Assembly (NCBI GenBank): GCA_030390025.1 | Contig: CM059432.1 | Span: 36,582,001 to 36,646,000, forward strand | Reading direction: 5' to 3' | Length of the DNA stretch: 64,000 nucleotides | From: Squalus acanthias | Taxonomy: Eukaryota | Part shown: positions 59,869 to 64,000 of the stretch, piece after piece | Layout: each line of letters starts with the position of its first letter | Numbering within the stretch: the stretch's first letter is position 1 | Program-made: the position numbers and the translations under genes | Notes under the pieces: model-generated | The model's database searches: none | The model's input: the letters and a program-made list of their open reading frames with translations, nothing else | Told to the model about the DNA's origin: nothing

Positions 59869-60905
59869 TCTGGAGGCACAGTGATATACAGTTGGGAAGG
59901 AGTGGCCCTGGGAGTCCTCAACATTGACTCCGGACCCCATGACGTCTCATGGCTTCAAGTCAAGCATAGGCAAGGAAACCTCCTGCTGATTACCACCTAC
60001 CGCCCTCCCTCAGCTGATGAATCAGTACACCGCCATGTTGAACACCACTTGGAAGAAGCACTGAGAGTAGCAAGGGCACAGAATATACGCTGGGTGGGGG
60101 ACTTCAATGTCCATCACCAAGAGTGGCTCGGTAGCACCACTACTGACCGAGCTGACCGAGTCCTGAAGGGCCTGCGAAAGGTGGTGAGTGAACCAACTAG
60201 AGGGAAAAACCTACTTGACCTCGTCCTCACCAATCTACCTGTCGCAGATGCATCTGTTCATGACAGCATTGGGGTAGCAGTGACCACCGCACAGCCATTG
60301 TGGAGACGAAGTACCATCTTCACACTGAGAACACCCTCCATTGTGTTGTGTGGCACTACCACCGTGCTAAATGGGATAGATTCAGAACAGATCTAGCAGC
60401 TCAAAACTGGGTATCCATGAGGCGCTGTGGGCCATCAGCAGCAGCAGAATTGTATTCCACCACAATCTGTAACCTCATGCCCCAGCATATCCCTCACTCT
60501 ACAATTACCACCAAGCCAGGGGACCAGCCCTGGTTCAATGACGAGTGTAGAAGAGCATGCCAGGAGCAGCACCAGGCGTACCTAAAAATGAGGTGCCAAC
60601 TTGGGGAAGCTGCAACACAGGACGACATGCATGCTAAAAAGCGGAAGCAGCATGCTATAGACAGGGCTAAGCGATCCCACAATCAACAGATCCGATCAAA
60701 GCTTTGCAGTCCTGCCATAATCCAGTCGTGAATGGTGGTGGACCATTAAACAACTAACGAAGGAGGAGGCTCCATGAATATCCCCATCCTCAATGATGGT
60801 GGAGCCCAACACGTGAGTGCAAAAGACACGGCTGAAGCGTTTGCAACCAACTTCAGCCAGAAGTGCCGAGTGGATGATCCATATCAGCCTCCTCCTGAGG
60901 TCCCC

Positions 60906-62058
60906 TGTAGGGGGGGGTGGGAGTGGTGGTAGGGGTCAGCCTTACCCCTGACTCAGTGAGCGGTTCGAATCGCTCCCACGCCCCAGGTTCAGACCTTGGA
61001 CTTATTTAGGGGTTGTGACTAAAGATGCAGTAGACAACAGGTTCCGATGAAAGAATTTTGACTTTTATTAGTAGAAAAAGGTAACAAACTTAAAACACAC
61101 TTAACACTTAAACAGGTTGGGGAACACACGGTACAAGCGAGGGAGAATGACAATATACAAAAAACCCTTATCCCTCCCAAAAACCCCACTATCTAGCTAG
61201 GTTTCGGTTTCAGGAGATCAGGGATAATGCTCACCAAACGGGTTTTAACAGTGCGAAATCCAGCCAGGTAAGTTGATTGCGATGGTGGTCTGGTCGTCGA
61301 GTGTCTTCCTGGAACGTGCTGCTTCTGGAACAGAGCCGAGAGGGAGCTGTGCGAGCGTTGTCAGAGAGTCCAGAGAGAGAGAGAGTCTTGGGGGTTAGGC
61401 CCCCAATTATACTTGTTCAGCCCCTTTGTCCTTTTTGCGCCAAAACCCCTTGCTAAAACGATTTTGTGTTGAAGTGATTTAGGTTTCAGTTGAGGCCTGT
61501 TCATTCCATTGTCTTGGTTCTGCGGGCTTGTTAAGTTTTGATGGGTTTAACTTGGTGTTAAATTGTCCTGAACTCCCTTCTTACTGAACTGTTGTAACTG
61601 CTTGATGGGCCTTCAATTATGCTAAATTGAAGTGGCCTTGTCAGAACCAAATCAAATCCTGGTCATTGTAAGACCTCGTTAACAGTAACGACTTTACTGA
61701 GTGTCAAATGGCTTGCGTCCTGTCGATCTGTTGTTTAATCGGAGTTTGCATTGTCCTCATGTTTTGGGTTTCTTGCTGGGCCTAGCACTCCTATCTTTAT
61801 GCATCTCTTTAATGGGTTCTGTGATAGGTTTTTCTGGTTCCTGTGTTTTGGGTGGGGCTGCCTTCTCCAGGGCCTATTGTCCAAATGTTAATGTTTGCTG
61901 GGGATTGAATTCCAGACATGTCCTTTTAAAATGCCAAAGCTTGGTTTTGGTCTTAAATTCCTTATGTTAGGCCCAAATGCATTTTTATCACTCTGGGGTA
62001 GTTCCAAAGTCCTTTTTCCTTAGATTTTTGGGGATCTGCAAATTTTGGAAACTTTACA
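60906..62058 (-). mobile_element. Solo LTR (1153 bp)
   Basis: TGTA...TACA termini, cccc target duplication, host LINE collinear across it; TATAAT near 61410 and AATAAA near 61065 on the minus strand. Confidence 0.8.
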
Positions 62059-62162
62059 CCCCACCATCACAGAAGCCAGTCTTCAGCCAATTCGATTCAC
62101 TCCACGTGATATCAAGAAACGGCTGAGTGCACTGGATACAGCAAAGGCTACGGGCCCCGACA

Positions 62163-63197
62163 ACATAGAAACATAGAAAATAGGTGCAGGAGTAGACCAT
62201 TCGGTCCTTCGAGCCATTCAATGCGTTCATGGCTGAACATGCTACCTCAGTACCCCATTCCTGCTTTCTCGCCATACCCCTTGATCCCCCTAGTTGTGAG
62301 TGTTATATCTAACTCCCTTTTGAATATATTTAGCGAACTGGCCTCAACAACCTTCTGTGGAAGAGAATTCCATAGATTCACCACTCTCTGGGTGAAGAAG
62401 TTCCTCCTCAGCTCAGTCTTAAATGGCTTCCCCTTAATCCTTAGACTGTGACCCCTGGTTCTAGTTTTCCCTAACATTGGGAACATTCTGCCCGCATCTA
62501 ATTTGTCTAAACCAGTCAGGATTTTAAATGTCTCTATAAGATCCCCCCTCATTCTTCTGAACTCCAGAGGATACAAGTTCAGTTGACCCAATCTTTCTTG
62601 ATATGTCAGTCCGGCCATCCCAGGAATCAATCTAGTGAACCTTCGCTGCACTCCCTCAATAGCAAGAATGTCCTTCCTTAAGTTAGGAGACCAAAACTGC
62701 AAACAATACTCCAGGTGTGGCCTCACCAAAGCCCTGTACAACTGCAGCATCACCTCCCTACTCCTGTACTCAAATCCCCTTGCTATGAAGGCCATCATTC
62801 CGTTTGCTTTCTTGACTGCCTGCTGCACTTGCATTCCCACCTTCAGTGACTGATGTACCATGACGCCCAGGTCTCGTTGCACCTCCCCTTTCCCTAACCT
62901 GCCACCATTCAGGTAATAGTCCGCCTCTCTATTTTTACCACCAAAGTGGATAACCTCACATTTATCCACATTGTACTTCATCTGCCATACATTTGCCCAT
63001 TCACCCAACCTGTCCAAGTCACTCTGTAGCCTCCTAGCCTCCCAATTTAGTGTCATCCGCAAATTTGGAGATATTACATTTAATCCCTTCGTCCAAATCA
63101 TTAATATATAATGTAAACAGCTGGGGTCCCAGCACCGAACCCTGCGGTACCCCGCTGGTCACTGCCTGCCATTCTGAAAAGTACCCATTTACTCCTA
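62163..63197 (-). mobile_element. 5'-truncated CR1 (HER1-like)
   Basis: ORF 62247-63101 RT C-terminus; tail catagaaacatagaaa; acat repeated at both junctions. Confidence 0.92.
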
Positions 63198-64000
63198 CAT
63201 CCCGGCTATCGTGCTGAAGACTTGTGCTCCAGAACTAGCCGCGCCTCTAGACAAGCTGTTCTAGTACAGCTACAACACTGGCATCTATCCGACAATGTGG
63301 AAAACTGCCCAGGTATGTCCTGTCCACAAAAAGCAGGACAAATCCAACCCGGCCAATTACCGCCCCATCAGTCTACTCTCAATCATCAGCAAAGTGATGG
63401 AAGGTGTCATCGACAGAGCTATCAAGTGGTACTTACTCACCAATGACCTGCTCACTGATGCCCAGTTTGGGTTCCGCCAAGACCACTCGGCTCCCAACCT
63501 CATTACAGCCTTGGTCCAAACATGGACAAAGGAGCTGAATTCCAGAGGTGAGGTGAGAATGACTGCCCTTCACATCAAGGCAGCATTTGACCGAGTCTGG
63601 CATGAAGGAGCCCTAGTAAAACTGAAGTCAATAGGAATTGGGAAAAATGCTCCACTGGCTGGAGTCATACCTAGCACAAAGGTAGATGGTTGTGGTGGTT
63701 GAAGGTCAATCATCACAGCCTCAGGACATCGCTGCAGGAGTTCCTCATGGCAGTGTCCTAGGCCCAACCATCTTCAGCTGCTTCATCAATGACCTTCCCT
63801 CCAACATAAGGTCAGAAATGGGGATGTTCGCTGATGACTGCACAGTGTTCAGCGCCATTCACAACTCCTCAGATAATGAAGCAGTCCATGCCTGCATGCA
63901 ACAAGACCTGGATGACGTTCAGGCTTGGGCTGATAAGTGGCAGGTAACATTCGTCCCACAGAAGTGCCAGGCAATGACTATCTCCAACAAGCGAGAGTCT

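Larger units (their letters stand above)
58238..64000 (+). mobile_element. Zenon-like LINE with tRNA-derived 5' head, interrupted by three younger insertions; runs off the window end
   Basis: A box 58246-58256, B box 58311-58319; APE start (NIWGL...PDIVILTESYL) from 58590; collinear pieces at 59869-60905, 62059-62163 and 63198-64000 (NYRPISLL, QFGFR, GMFADD). Confidence 0.85.

Overview
Eukaryotic DNA, almost certainly from a cartilaginous fish (shark), judging by CR1/HER1-type LINEs, HE1/V-SINE, DeuSINE, LF-SINE-like and Penelope repeats. The window holds the 3' half of one + strand gene of the MAP2/tau/MAP4 family, best identified as MAP4. Nine coding exons with consistent GT-AG sites and phases can be read: Pro/basic region, R1, the MAP4 pseudo-repeat, R2 (93 nt), R3 (82 nt), R4 (113 nt), a MAP4-type acidic tail exon and a tau/MAP2-type terminal exon, followed by a probable 6-8 kb 3'UTR. 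Main points: (1) a frame switch in which inclusion or skipping of the 166-nt acidic exon selects between a MAP4-type tail (QIQETY*) and a complete tau/MAP2-type tail (...[20 protein letters not shown]); (2) unusually degenerate R3/R4 repeats; (3) a candidate 12-nt microexon and a candidate third C-terminal exon; (4) a LINE with a tRNA-derived Pol III head leading straight into the endonuclease ORF, together with its head-plus-tail SINE-like derivative; (5) a decayed Penelope hammerhead ribozyme; (6) a foldback element split by nested LINEs. Introns are mostly nested transposons and most ORF-track entries are TE fragments or noise. Repeat boundaries are approximate and family names come from recalled consensus sequences, not database searches.
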